From an uncultured Thiomicrospira sp. (lineage in GTDB: Bacteria; Pseudomonadota; Gammaproteobacteria; CAKMZV01), in NCBI GenBank assembly GCA_965195345.1, contig OZ239628.1, forward strand, positions 832,001-896,000: DNA of 64,000 nucleotides, given 5' to 3'. The translations under genes were made by a program, and so were the position numbers. This document shows, in pieces, positions 9,998 through 19,426 of this stretch (the first letter of the stretch is position 1; the number at the start of each line of letters is the position of its first letter). Under the pieces are notes generated by a model that did not search any database, was not told the DNA's origin, and saw only the letters and a program-made list of their open reading frames with translations.

Positions 9998-10558
9998 ATG
10001 AACAAGATTATGAATTTGGAACAATTAAAAGTCGGTGATGTTGTATGGTTTGATTGCTGCTTTGTTGGGGTTTTTCCCTATAAGCATTATGGGTTGTGCT
10101 TTTGGAAGAATGAGGAATGGTGGGTAGTGCATCTTTCTAAGCAGCATAAGAAAGTGATGCAGGAGCCGTTAGCATCTTTTGCGCAAGGAAATGAACTATT
10201 TATTTCTAAGCAAATAACGAGTATTAGCCCTTCTAAAGCAGTTCAAAGAGCATTGAGTAGGATTGATAGTTACGATCTTTTTGCCAACAATTGCGAGCAT
10301 TTTGTTAGATGGGCGCATGATATGAAAAAAGAAAGTAAACAATTACAAAAAAGAGCAGTGGTAACTACGGGATTAGTTATGACTCGTGTGCCTTCTCCAC
10401 CTGTACAAGTAGCGGGAGTTGTAGGTGCGGCTGTTGGCTATTTTTCAGATGAAAAGGGTGCTTTGAAAAACTCTTTAGTAGCCGGTGGAGTTGTTTTAGG
10501 TGCTGTTGCTTTGGGAGCATTCTTTTCTGCTTTGACTTCAAAATCAAGCGCATCCTAA
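9998..10558 (+). CDS. LRAT-family (permuted NlpC/P60) protein with C-terminal hydrophobic segments
   Basis: YKHYG, VVH and YDLFANNCEHF motifs; Gly/Ala-rich hydrophobic C-terminus. Confidence 0.85.
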   Translation: MNKIMNLEQLKVGDVVWFDCCFVGVFPYKHYGLCFWKNEEWWVVHLSKQHKKVMQEPLASFAQGNELFISKQITSISPSKAVQRALSRIDSYDLFANNCEHFVRWAHDMKKESKQLQKRAVVTTGLVMTRVPSPPVQVAGVVGAAVGYFSDEKGALKNSLVAGGVVLGAVALGAFFSALTSKSSAS

Positions 10559-10816
10559 TATTCCAATAATCTATATCAAAAACGTCGGTCGTTCCCGACA
10601 GTCAACAAAGGTTTATAGAGTATTTTGCAGCTCTGGGGGGGTAAGAGTATTTTTGCAGAATTAGATAGGATAGGCTGGTTCTAATTAAAGGGACTAAGTT
10701 GTCTTTTCAATCCACTTTTTTCTAACATTCGTGTTGATTTATCTTATATTTAAAGTCGTTGAGGATTAATAGTCAAAAAAGAGATATGTTTACATAAATA
10801 TTGTTGGTTAGCGCTA

Positions 10817-10844
10817 TTGACTAATTGTTATTAAATGGTATATT
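10817..10844 (+). promoter_or_regulatory. Candidate sigma70 promoter for the Rhs operon
   Basis: TTGACT-N16-TATATT with a TG extended -10 element. Confidence 0.4.
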
Positions 10845-10907
10845 ATTTGAGTAAGTGAAATTTAACTGTACTGATTTATAGAGGTTTGATGATTAATCGT
10901 CCTGTTA

Positions 10908-11417
10908 TTGATACTGATTTTAGTGAGTCTGCTCGGAGTGATTGGCTATCTTATAGTTGTTAAGAAAGACGCGCCCCTAGAGAGCATCGATCAAGTCTTA
11001 AAAGAAGATATAGAACAACAAACTGAAGAATCCAAGACGATTTTAAAGATTGACCCAACGTTGGATTATGATAAAGAAGTATCCTCTTTAACACTTCCAG
11101 AAAAGAAGAAATCAACTAAAGAAGAGCTGCTCACAAAAGAAGAGCTTCTTAAGATAAAAATTCCCCCGCTCCCTGACTTTAACAACGATGGGCAACATGA
11201 AAAAGCATTAAAGGCTATTGAGCATATCAATGCTTTATTTGCTGAAATTGATGCCAGCAGACCCAATGCCGTATCGCTTTCAAGTACGCAGGCGACGGCT
11301 TTAAAAAAGCAACAGGATGAGCGCGCTGCGATTTTTGAGCGATTAAAAGCTGAACAAGCGGCATTACAAACGCGCCTTCAATTACTAAAAGAAAAACAAT
11401 CAAATAAGCAACCATGA
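10908..11417 (+). CDS. Membrane-anchored coiled-coil hypothetical protein
   Basis: N-terminal hydrophobic helix and charged helical C-terminus; an RBS plus ATG at 10889 lies in a different frame, so a 5' indel is possible. Confidence 0.6.
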   Translation: MILILVSLLGVIGYLIVVKKDAPLESIDQVLKEDIEQQTEESKTILKIDPTLDYDKEVSSLTLPEKKKSTKEELLTKEELLKIKIPPLPDFNNDGQHEKALKAIEHINALFAEIDASRPNAVSLSSTQATALKKQQDERAAIFERLKAEQAALQTRLQLLKEKQSNKQP

Positions 11418-11457
11418 GTGTTGCGATTAACCAAATTATACTGAGGAGATAATTATT

Positions 11458-12948
11458 ATGAATATGAAACAACTGCATTTATCAATTATTCTATTACTGG
11501 GTTTTTGTTTTTCATCTTTTAGTTTTGCTTCATTAGTAGGTAAGACAGGAGGACAGTTTTCAGCGTCTAATGGAGCGGCGACTTATTCTGTGCCGTTGGT
11601 TCTACCTCAAGGGATCAATAAATTAACCCCGCAATTGGGTATTTCTTATAACTCTCAAGGAGCGTCTGCGGGATATTTGGGTGTTGGTTGGGTTTTGACA
11701 GGGCTTTCTGCGATTAATCGCTGTCCTTCAACATTAGCCTCAGAAGGCTATACGCGTCAACTCATGCTTGATAATGGAGATCAACTTTGTTTGGACGGTG
11801 CGAAACTGATCCAGAGGTTTGGTGGTACTTACCGCACTCAAACGGATTCTTATCAAAAGATTGAACGAATTGGAAGTCATTTTGTCGTTTACAAAAAGTC
11901 GGGAGAAATTTTTGAATATGGAAATAGCGTGGACTCATTCGTTGAAGCACAAGGTAAAAGTGTCGCATTAGCATGGAAAGTCAATAAGATAACAGATCGA
12001 TTTGGAAATACGATTAGATTCCACTATGATGAACGTACAGAATACAGCGAAAGTGTTATTTCAAAAATAGTTTATAACGTCGGTCCAAAGACTGAAGCAG
12101 AAGTGCGTTTTTCTTATGAAAATTTAAATGCTGCGCTTCTCTCAACGAGTGATGCAAGTAGGATTGGGGGTTCATTAATCAGCATCAGCAAGCTTTTAAC
12201 GAAAATTGAATTTAGGTTAGATGGTGAGGAGATTCGTTCATACACCCCCACTTACGAGCATCGACATGCAGATAAGTTGTTTCCACTTATTACCCAAGTA
12301 CAGGAATGTGTTAAAGGTGAATGTTTAAGTCCAATTCGTTTTACTTGGGATAAACAAAAGGAATTGAGTGGATCAGAAGAGGTACATGCAGGTGTACGCT
12401 CATTGCATTTACAACATCCTCATAGGGCATCAGGGCGTACTAACGTAAGCAGAACTGCCCGGTGCAATGGATATTATGGTAATGCTGGTAACTGCAATAG
12501 AGTGTATACATATAAAACTGGGATATATGTCAATAATGAGCTTTTAGGGACTCATAATGGAATCGTTAGTGCATATTATTTAGATTTGAATATTGATGGA
12601 TTGATTGATTATGTTGTTTGGAAAGGTGATAACCGTCCACGCTATGATATGTACATCAATCAAGGAGACAATCAATTTAAAAAAATACAGCATGTGATGC
12701 TTGCTGATCACAATGGTGATGGAGCAGTTGATAAGATATTTCTTAAATATGCTGGTAGGTTTAGTAAATTTTTTGTTGAACCATTTAAAGTAAAAGGAGA
12801 TTTAATCACGCAATTTCAAGTAGGCGATGATCCTGCGACAATAGTTGAGTATATGGATGGTTATTTGGACGATGCATATGTTAAAGAAACGAATCCACCA
12901 GCAAATCACACGGCGATAACTCATCCTGGTTTTTGGTTAAGAAAGTGA
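11458..12948 (+). CDS. N-terminal part of an Rhs/YD toxin: Sec signal peptide, SpvB/TcB-like domain and short FG-GAP region (frameshifted from 12933..17654)
   Basis: Signal ending SFSFA; GAATYSVPL..P.G..L.P.L.ISYNSQ...LGVGW.L.GLS.I.RC; DRFGN.I.F.Y; DLNIDGLID. Confidence 0.85.
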   Translation: MNMKQLHLSIILLLGFCFSSFSFASLVGKTGGQFSASNGAATYSVPLVLPQGINKLTPQLGISYNSQGASAGYLGVGWVLTGLSAINRCPSTLASEGYTRQLMLDNGDQLCLDGAKLIQRFGGTYRTQTDSYQKIERIGSHFVVYKKSGEIFEYGNSVDSFVEAQGKSVALAWKVNKITDRFGNTIRFHYDERTEYSESVISKIVYNVGPKTEAEVRFSYENLNAALLSTSDASRIGGSLISISKLLTKIEFRLDGEEIRSYTPTYEHRHADKLFPLITQVQECVKGECLSPIRFTWDKQKELSGSEEVHAGVRSLHLQHPHRASGRTNVSRTARCNGYYGNAGNCNRVYTYKTGIYVNNELLGTHNGIVSAYYLDLNIDGLIDYVVWKGDNRPRYDMYINQGDNQFKKIQHVMLADHNGDGAVDKIFLKYAGRFSKFFVEPFKVKGDLITQFQVGDDPATIVEYMDGYLDDAYVKETNPPANHTAITHPGFWLRK

Positions 12949-15900
12949 CTACTCCAGATGGGGTAGGTGGTACACAATCGAGTAACTACCGTTATGGTGG
13001 TATGGTCATGGAACATCTTGGTAAAGGGAGCAAAGGGTTTAGTTGGACAGAAGTTACTAGTGCGAAAACGAATGCAAAAACACGCACAGAATTTTATCAA
13101 GATTACCCTTTTATTGGAATTCCTAAAAAGGTTCAGGGTTTTAGTGATGGCGTGTTATTGAGTGAACAAGAGTCGGTTTATGATTACCGGCTCCGGTCAG
13201 CAATTAGATTTATCACTAAAGGACCTCAAAGTCTTAATAAACAAAACGTGAATGATCAAATCATTGAGTTTTGGATGTCAGAACAAAGTAATAAGAGTTA
13301 TTCTCCACAAGGCGCACATATACAGACAGTTATTACCAAAAATGAAGCACCGGATGCTTATGGTAACATGACTAATATAAAAGTAACCACAGAGGATCAT
13401 GAAAACAATCAAACGTGGGCTGTTGAATCAATCAATACGTTTGACAATGATGCAAGTGATTGGGTTTTGGGTCGATTATTGACATCGAAAGCGATTCATG
13501 ATGGACCTGATGGCAATCGAATTATAAAAGAGGCAAGTTTTGAATACGATGATGAAGGGGTACTGATTGGTGAAATAACGGAGCCGAATAATGCGAGCCT
13601 GTATAAAAGAGTGACTTACAGTTATGATTCTTATGGGCATAAGAATCGAGTAACATCAGCAATAGCAGGTCACTCAAGGGAGACGAGGAAGACGACGACA
13701 TATGATGCAGTAATTGATGGCGTTTCAGTGCGCAAGGTGGTCCTTACGAATGCATTGGGACATTCGGAAGAAAGTTTGTATTCATTAGAGCACGGTGGAT
13801 TGTTAAAACAGACCGGTCCTAATGGACTTTCAACGTCTTGGCAGTACGATGTGATGGGTCGTAAGGTGTTCGAAGATAGAGCAGATGGGACGTGGACGCG
13901 TTGGACCTATGAATACAGTGATTGGACTGGTGCGCGTTTTAAGAATGGGGTTGAGTCATCGGGTAGTCCAATAAGCTATCAATATTACGACACCCATGGT
14001 CGAGTGGTGCGCAAGAGCAATGTCTCATTAGATGGTCGCAGGCTATTTAGAGACACCCGCTATAATGATTTAGGACAAAAGGTATTCACATCGCGTCCAT
14101 ATTTTGAGGGTGAGGCAGTGTATGGAGGTCAGCTTATTTATAATCAATTTGGTTTATTGACGGAACAAGTGACCCCTGGTGCAAATGGAGAAGAAATACG
14201 TACGCGCTATGAATACGATGGCTTTAAAGAGACGGTTATCTATGCGAATGGTTCACGCAAAACACTTACTAAGAATGCCAAAGGTCAGGTACTTGAAGTT
14301 AATGATCGGGGAGCGATTATTAAGAATGAATATGATGCATTAGGACATGTAGTCCGGGTAGAGAATGCAAAGGGATTAATCACAACCATTGCTTACGATA
14401 ATGTGGGCAATAAAACGGGTATGATTGATCCTGTGCTTGGGTATTCGTACTATATCTACAACGGTTTTGGTGAGCTATTTCTACAACGAAATGAACAAGG
14501 TGGTACATTCAATTATAATCTTTACGATGTTCTGGGGCGTAAAGTATACTCAGCAAATCCAGATGGATCAACGACATGGGTGTATGATACGGGTTCAGGT
14601 AAGGGGATTGGTAAACTGGCGAGTAGTCGAAGTTCACTGGGTATAGGTAAGACGTACAGTTATGATGATTTAGGACGAACAATTAAATCAGAGTCTGAGT
14701 TTCAAGGGCAAACCCATGTTACTGAATCATCTTATGATAATTTATCAAGGATTGCATCAACAAAATATCCAGGCGGTTTGGAAGTGAACAATGTGTATAA
14801 CGACAATGGTCATCTTATAGCAGTTCAATCACCCAAATCACAAGTAACGGACTACAGTTCAGAATTTATGATGCGTCAATATCAAAAAGCGCAGAGGTAT
14901 AGACAATTAATAGATGTTGATATTGAAGGATATAGAAAAAAAGCTGCATTATATGCACAGCTGGCACAAGCGTATAAGGCGCATTCACTTAGATATAATG
15001 ATATGCTTGCTTACTCTGCTAGTGGAGTATCTAATAGTAATTGGGAGGCTAAAGTCACCCGTAATGTAGCAAAGGCAAACGAAGCGATTAAGCAGTTAGA
15101 AGATACGGTAGCTTATTATCAAGGAAGAATAGCGGAAGCAAACACGTGGAAGGCTATCTATGGGAACGCAGAGAGACATTTTCGTAATTACTTAGAGTAC
15201 TTTGATGAGTACCGTCCTGGGCACAATCTCGATAGCTACTTTCAAGGTGAAATCGATTATTATGAGGAAAAGACTCAATTTCACTCTTTGAAGGCGGAGA
15301 AATACATTGCTTTGGCGGATGAGATCACAGGTATCCAAGCGCAAATAGACAGAATCCATAATACTTCTTATCAGCCGGTTGCAGGCGCGTATGCGCCACA
15401 TGGTTGGTGGCATTCAATCTATGCCGGCTATGATCATAGTGTTGGTGGAGACCTTTATACGGTTGTGTCTCAATTCCAGAAGAAAGCAGATAAGGCGTTA
15501 ATTGAAGCCAGTTCTATAGCGGAGGAATATAACAATTACCTATCCCTTCTAGGTGATAGTGCATATGATCGTAATAATGTTACGTGGTATCGTGTTGCTA
15601 AAACGGATGTTGAGGGTCGTATTACCCGAGCCTTGTACGGTAATAGTTTGATGAGTAGTTTTGATTACGATCAAGCGAGTGGTTATTTGATGGGTTTACA
15701 GACGGGCAATATGTATAAAGGTGCTAACACCGACATACAGGATCTGGAGTTTAGTTACGATGCGATGAACAATTTAGTATCGAAACAAGACCATGTGCTC
15801 ACTCGTCAAGAGAGTATGAGCTATGATCATATGGATCGTATCTTAACGCATTCGGTCGTGGCTCCTCAGCAATCATATAACCATACTTACAGTTATAACG

Positions 15901-17654
15901 ATCATGGTGATATTTTAAGTGGTCCAGCGGGTAATTATCTTTATGGGGATTATCAACATCAGTCGAATACGTTAAGGGGGGTATTATTGAGTGTTGGTGG
16001 TGTCAATGTTCATTATGATGCGCTGGGTAATATGACTCGTGCAGTAAACGGTACCCAAATCACTTATAACGGACAGAACAAACCCATACTTTTTGAAAAA
16101 GGTATTAATCGTACGGGAGCTTATGGTGAGAGTGGTAGTAGTTTTAATCGTACGGGATTTGCTTATGATGAGAGTGGTAGTCGTTTTCTAAAGACGGTGA
16201 ATGGTGTGCAGAGTCTTTATATTGGTAAGATTTATGAGAAGAATCTTGCAAGTGGAGACGAAGTCAATCATATTTACTTTGGTGGAAAACACATAGCAAG
16301 TTATGAAAAGCGAGGTGGTGGGCATAATCTAACGAGTTATATGCACAAAGATGCATTGGGGAGCGTTGATGTTGTAACCAATGCACAAGGAAATGTAATA
16401 AAGCGCTACGCATACGATGCTTTTGGTAAGCGACATGAACTCACCACCAAGTTATCCCAAGCGAAGGATGGATTTACACATGTAAAATCAAATGTTGACA
16501 GGGGCTATACGGGTCATGAGCATTTTAATGTTGGAGATGATGCAAGCACTGGTTTTATACACATGAATGGACGTGTGTATGATCAGAATATTGGACGTTT
16601 TTTAAGTGCTGACCCACATATTCAAGCACCATCGGTTGCGATGTCACACAATCGTTATGCTTATGTATTGAATAATCCGTATAAATACACGGATCCAAGT
16701 GGTTACTTTTTCAAGAAGTTTTTTAACTGGCTTGGAGAAAGAGTGCGCCAACTTGGCAATTGGATTAAGGAAAATGAAAAAGCGTTGGGTGCGGCTCTTC
16801 TTGCAGCAGTAGGGGGTTGGGCTATATTATATGCGCAAGGTGTAACATTTGGAACTGCTGGGGCTGCTCAGCTTGTAGCTGTTGGTGCTTTTGGAGGTGC
16901 GGTGACTGGGGGAATCAACTCAGGGTCCTTTGCAGGTGCGTTTAAGGGAGCGATATTTGGTGCATTTTCAGCTGGGGTAGCATTTGGCATAGTAAACGGG
17001 TTTGGTAATGGGTTAACGGGATGGGATGCAATTGCAAAGGCAGGTGCGCATGGTATAGCTCAAGGCGGTCTAAGTGCGGCTCAAGGTGGCGACTTTTGGT
17101 CGGGTTTTGTATCAGCAGCAGCGGGGTCGTATGTGCCTGCTGGGGATGTTGCTCAAAAACTTGGCATTGATAGCATAGCTGGTAGGACCATAGTTGCATC
17201 AGTAACGGGCGGTACTGCCTCCGCGCTTACTGGCGGTTCATTTGCTAATGGTGCTCAAACCGCTGCTTATGTCCATTTGTTTAATGGCGAAACAAGGAAA
17301 CAATTTGAAAAATTCATGGATTTTATTGGAATGCAAAGTGTTGAGAGGGGTGAATCTGACCCTTTCATACATGAAAAAGTAGCCAACTCTAAGGCAGATT
17401 TACCTGATAGTATTGCCAACTATGAGCCTGATGGTTGGGCTGGGTTTGTTGATGATAGAGGAAACCACGAATGGAATCAAAGGTTGCCTGGTGGATATCA
17501 CTTAACTACGGATCTTGGTAGGTCTGGTGTTTACGTACACTATGATGCTCTAGACCCATTAAATGGTGCTGTGGACACTGGTAGGCACATATGGGTTGAA
17601 GTCGGGAATAGCAATACTTATGTTGACAATCACCCAGACTGGGGGGCACAATAA
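12933..17654 (+). CDS. Rhs/YD-repeat polymorphic toxin, core plus C-terminal toxin domain
   Basis: Many YD repeats; RGYTGHE...HMNGRVYD..IGRFLSADP...NRYAYVLNNPYKYTDPSG core end; Gly-rich hydrophobic region then a variable CT. Confidence 0.9.
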   Translation: MVKKVTTPDGVGGTQSSNYRYGGMVMEHLGKGSKGFSWTEVTSAKTNAKTRTEFYQDYPFIGIPKKVQGFSDGVLLSEQESVYDYRLRSAIRFITKGPQSLNKQNVNDQIIEFWMSEQSNKSYSPQGAHIQTVITKNEAPDAYGNMTNIKVTTEDHENNQTWAVESINTFDNDASDWVLGRLLTSKAIHDGPDGNRIIKEASFEYDDEGVLIGEITEPNNASLYKRVTYSYDSYGHKNRVTSAIAGHSRETRKTTTYDAVIDGVSVRKVVLTNALGHSEESLYSLEHGGLLKQTGPNGLSTSWQYDVMGRKVFEDRADGTWTRWTYEYSDWTGARFKNGVESSGSPISYQYYDTHGRVVRKSNVSLDGRRLFRDTRYNDLGQKVFTSRPYFEGEAVYGGQLIYNQFGLLTEQVTPGANGEEIRTRYEYDGFKETVIYANGSRKTLTKNAKGQVLEVNDRGAIIKNEYDALGHVVRVENAKGLITTIAYDNVGNKTGMIDPVLGYSYYIYNGFGELFLQRNEQGGTFNYNLYDVLGRKVYSANPDGSTTWVYDTGSGKGIGKLASSRSSLGIGKTYSYDDLGRTIKSESEFQGQTHVTESSYDNLSRIASTKYPGGLEVNNVYNDNGHLIAVQSPKSQVTDYSSEFMMRQYQKAQRYRQLIDVDIEGYRKKAALYAQLAQAYKAHSLRYNDMLAYSASGVSNSNWEAKVTRNVAKANEAIKQLEDTVAYYQGRIAEANTWKAIYGNAERHFRNYLEYFDEYRPGHNLDSYFQGEIDYYEEKTQFHSLKAEKYIALADEITGIQAQIDRIHNTSYQPVAGAYAPHGWWHSIYAGYDHSVGGDLYTVVSQFQKKADKALIEASSIAEEYNNYLSLLGDSAYDRNNVTWYRVAKTDVEGRITRALYGNSLMSSFDYDQASGYLMGLQTGNMYKGANTDIQDLEFSYDAMNNLVSKQDHVLTRQESMSYDHMDRILTHSVVAPQQSYNHTYSYNDHGDILSGPAGNYLYGDYQHQSNTLRGVLLSVGGVNVHYDALGNMTRAVNGTQITYNGQNKPILFEKGINRTGAYGESGSSFNRTGFAYDESGSRFLKTVNGVQSLYIGKIYEKNLASGDEVNHIYFGGKHIASYEKRGGGHNLTSYMHKDALGSVDVVTNAQGNVIKRYAYDAFGKRHELTTKLSQAKDGFTHVKSNVDRGYTGHEHFNVGDDASTGFIHMNGRVYDQNIGRFLSADPHIQAPSVAMSHNRYAYVLNNPYKYTDPSGYFFKKFFNWLGERVRQLGNWIKENEKALGAALLAAVGGWAILYAQGVTFGTAGAAQLVAVGAFGGAVTGGINSGSFAGAFKGAIFGAFSAGVAFGIVNGFGNGLTGWDAIAKAGAHGIAQGGLSAAQGGDFWSGFVSAAAGSYVPAGDVAQKLGIDSIAGRTIVASVTGGTASALTGGSFANGAQTAAYVHLFNGETRKQFEKFMDFIGMQSVERGESDPFIHEKVANSKADLPDSIANYEPDGWAGFVDDRGNHEWNQRLPGGYHLTTDLGRSGVYVHYDALDPLNGAVDTGRHIWVEVGNSNTYVDNHPDWGAQ

Positions 17655-17750
17655 AGTATGAAGCACATGCTTATTAGTGTACACGCCATCAGATTGGTTG
17701 TTGTATGTGTACAGTGGATAGTAATTAAATGATGAATAGGGTACCAACCA

Positions 17751-18053
17751 TTGACTAGGACAATAAAATACCAAATTGCCAATATACTGGTTATATTGAT
17801 ATATTTAATTTCGATTTGTCTATTAATATTAAGCAAAAATAATATTTACTACACACAGCCTCCTCTTGAATTTTTGATTATCTTTATCGTCTATTTTCTA
17901 TTGGTATTTTCGGGGGTGCCTTGGGCTTTATTGTTTGCAAAGATTCATGAAAAAAATGTATATGAATACACATTATTTGGTCTCTTAATAGGCCCAATAC
18001 AGATAATACTCATCTGTTGTTTCTTGATTTTAATTAGGTTTGTTTTACATTAG
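17751..18053 (+). CDS. Small integral membrane protein, candidate Rhs immunity protein
   Basis: Three hydrophobic segments; first gene after the Rhs CT. Confidence 0.5.
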   Translation: MTRTIKYQIANILVILIYLISICLLILSKNNIYYTQPPLEFLIIFIVYFLLVFSGVPWALLFAKIHEKNVYEYTLFGLLIGPIQIILICCFLILIRFVLH

Positions 18054-18168
18054 GTTCATTTCGCTTTAATCTAAGATTTATGAAATATATTTACCACACA
18101 AATTGTTTATTTGGAATGAATGGCAAAACGCATACAGGGACAGATAAGCATAAAAAAACAAACGCATT

Positions 18169-18447
18169 GTGAAAAAAACATTAATTTTTTTAGTTATTTC
18201 ACTAACAATGTTAGGACTCTATTTTGGAGTATTGATTTTCTCGATTGATGACGACTTTGGTGAAACGATCCTTTCGGCATACGTTATACCAACGCTGCTC
18301 TTTTCTATATTGTCAAGCACTGTATATGCTTATAAATTCAAAAAAAATTACTATATTTCGTTGGTATTCGGCATTATATTTTTCTTTCACATGCAAATAA
18401 ATGGTTTTCTTATCGTTATGATTGCAGGGGTAGTGTATGGTCCGTAG
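18169..18447 (+). CDS. Small integral membrane protein, candidate orphan immunity protein
   Basis: Three hydrophobic segments; lies within the Rhs cassette array. Confidence 0.45.
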   Translation: MKKTLIFLVISLTMLGLYFGVLIFSIDDDFGETILSAYVIPTLLFSILSSTVYAYKFKKNYYISLVFGIIFFFHMQINGFLIVMIAGVVYGP

Positions 18448-18564
18448 ATTACAGTGGCTGAAACCCTTTATACATAGGTATGTGCGCATCCCTCTTTCGC
18501 TGCCAGAATAAAAAGGGACACCACCGGCGTCTTTTTTTTATTCTGATGCTGAGTATGACCGGTC

Positions 18565-19426
18565 GGTAACTGGATTAAGGAAAATGAAAAAGCGTTGGGT
18601 GCGGCTCTTCTTGCAGCAGTAGTGGGCTATATTGGCAGCACAAGGAGTTACATTTGGAACTGCTGGGGCAGCTCAGCTTATAGCTGTTGGTGCTTTTGGA
18701 GGTGCGGTGACTGGGGGAATCAACTCAGGGTCCTTTGCAGGTGCGTTTAAGGGGGCGATATTTGGTGCATTTTCAGCTGGGGCAGCATTTGGTATAGTAA
18801 GCGGGTTTGGTAATGGGTTAACGGGATTGGATGCAATTGCAAAGGCAGGTGCGCATGGTATAGATCAAGGCGGTCTGAGTGCGGCTCAAGGTGGCGACTT
18901 TTGGTCGGGTATCAGCAGAAGCGGGGTCGTATGTGCCTACAGGGGATATTGCTCAAACACTTGGCATTGATAGCATAGCAGGTAGGACAATAGTTGCATC
19001 AGTAACGGGCGGTACTGCCTCCGCGCTTACTGGCGGTTCATTCGCTAATGGTGCTCAAACCGCTGCTTATGTCCATCTTTTTAACAACAAAGCAAAACGC
19101 GTTTGGAAGTATTCACAAAGCACAGGAGAGCTATTAGATCCTGATGGTGAGCAAGTTGGAAAGAAGGTATATTCAGTAGCTGGTAAGGGAAAAAATAATC
19201 CAGATATGCAAGATGTACCCAATGTAGGACCAATACCGCTGGAAAGTTAAATGGTAATGACCATACAGCCGTCGTTGTTTTATTAAATGTAGATACTACT
19301 CGGCATAGTTTTCTTATACACGGTGGTGATGGCAGTGGTACTTCTTCACAGGGGTGTGTCGTTCTCAATGGAGTCTCAAATCGCCGTAAATTCAAAGTAG
19401 GTGATGTACTAAGGGTTACGATGTGA
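18565..19426 (+). pseudogene. Orphan Rhs module: duplicated pre-toxin region plus Tlde1/DUF2778-like CT, frameshifted
   Basis: 18565-19085 is a near copy of 16755-17284; CT reads WKYSQSTG...NNPDMQDVPNVGPIP, frameshifts at about 19238, then RHSFLIHGGDGSGTSSQGCVVL, ending TGA at 19424-19426. Confidence 0.75.

Noticed and set aside
16105-16187. Short tandem duplications (39 bp in rhs; also 18 bp at about 20730)
   Set aside because: Consistent with ordinary slippage; no evidence of function
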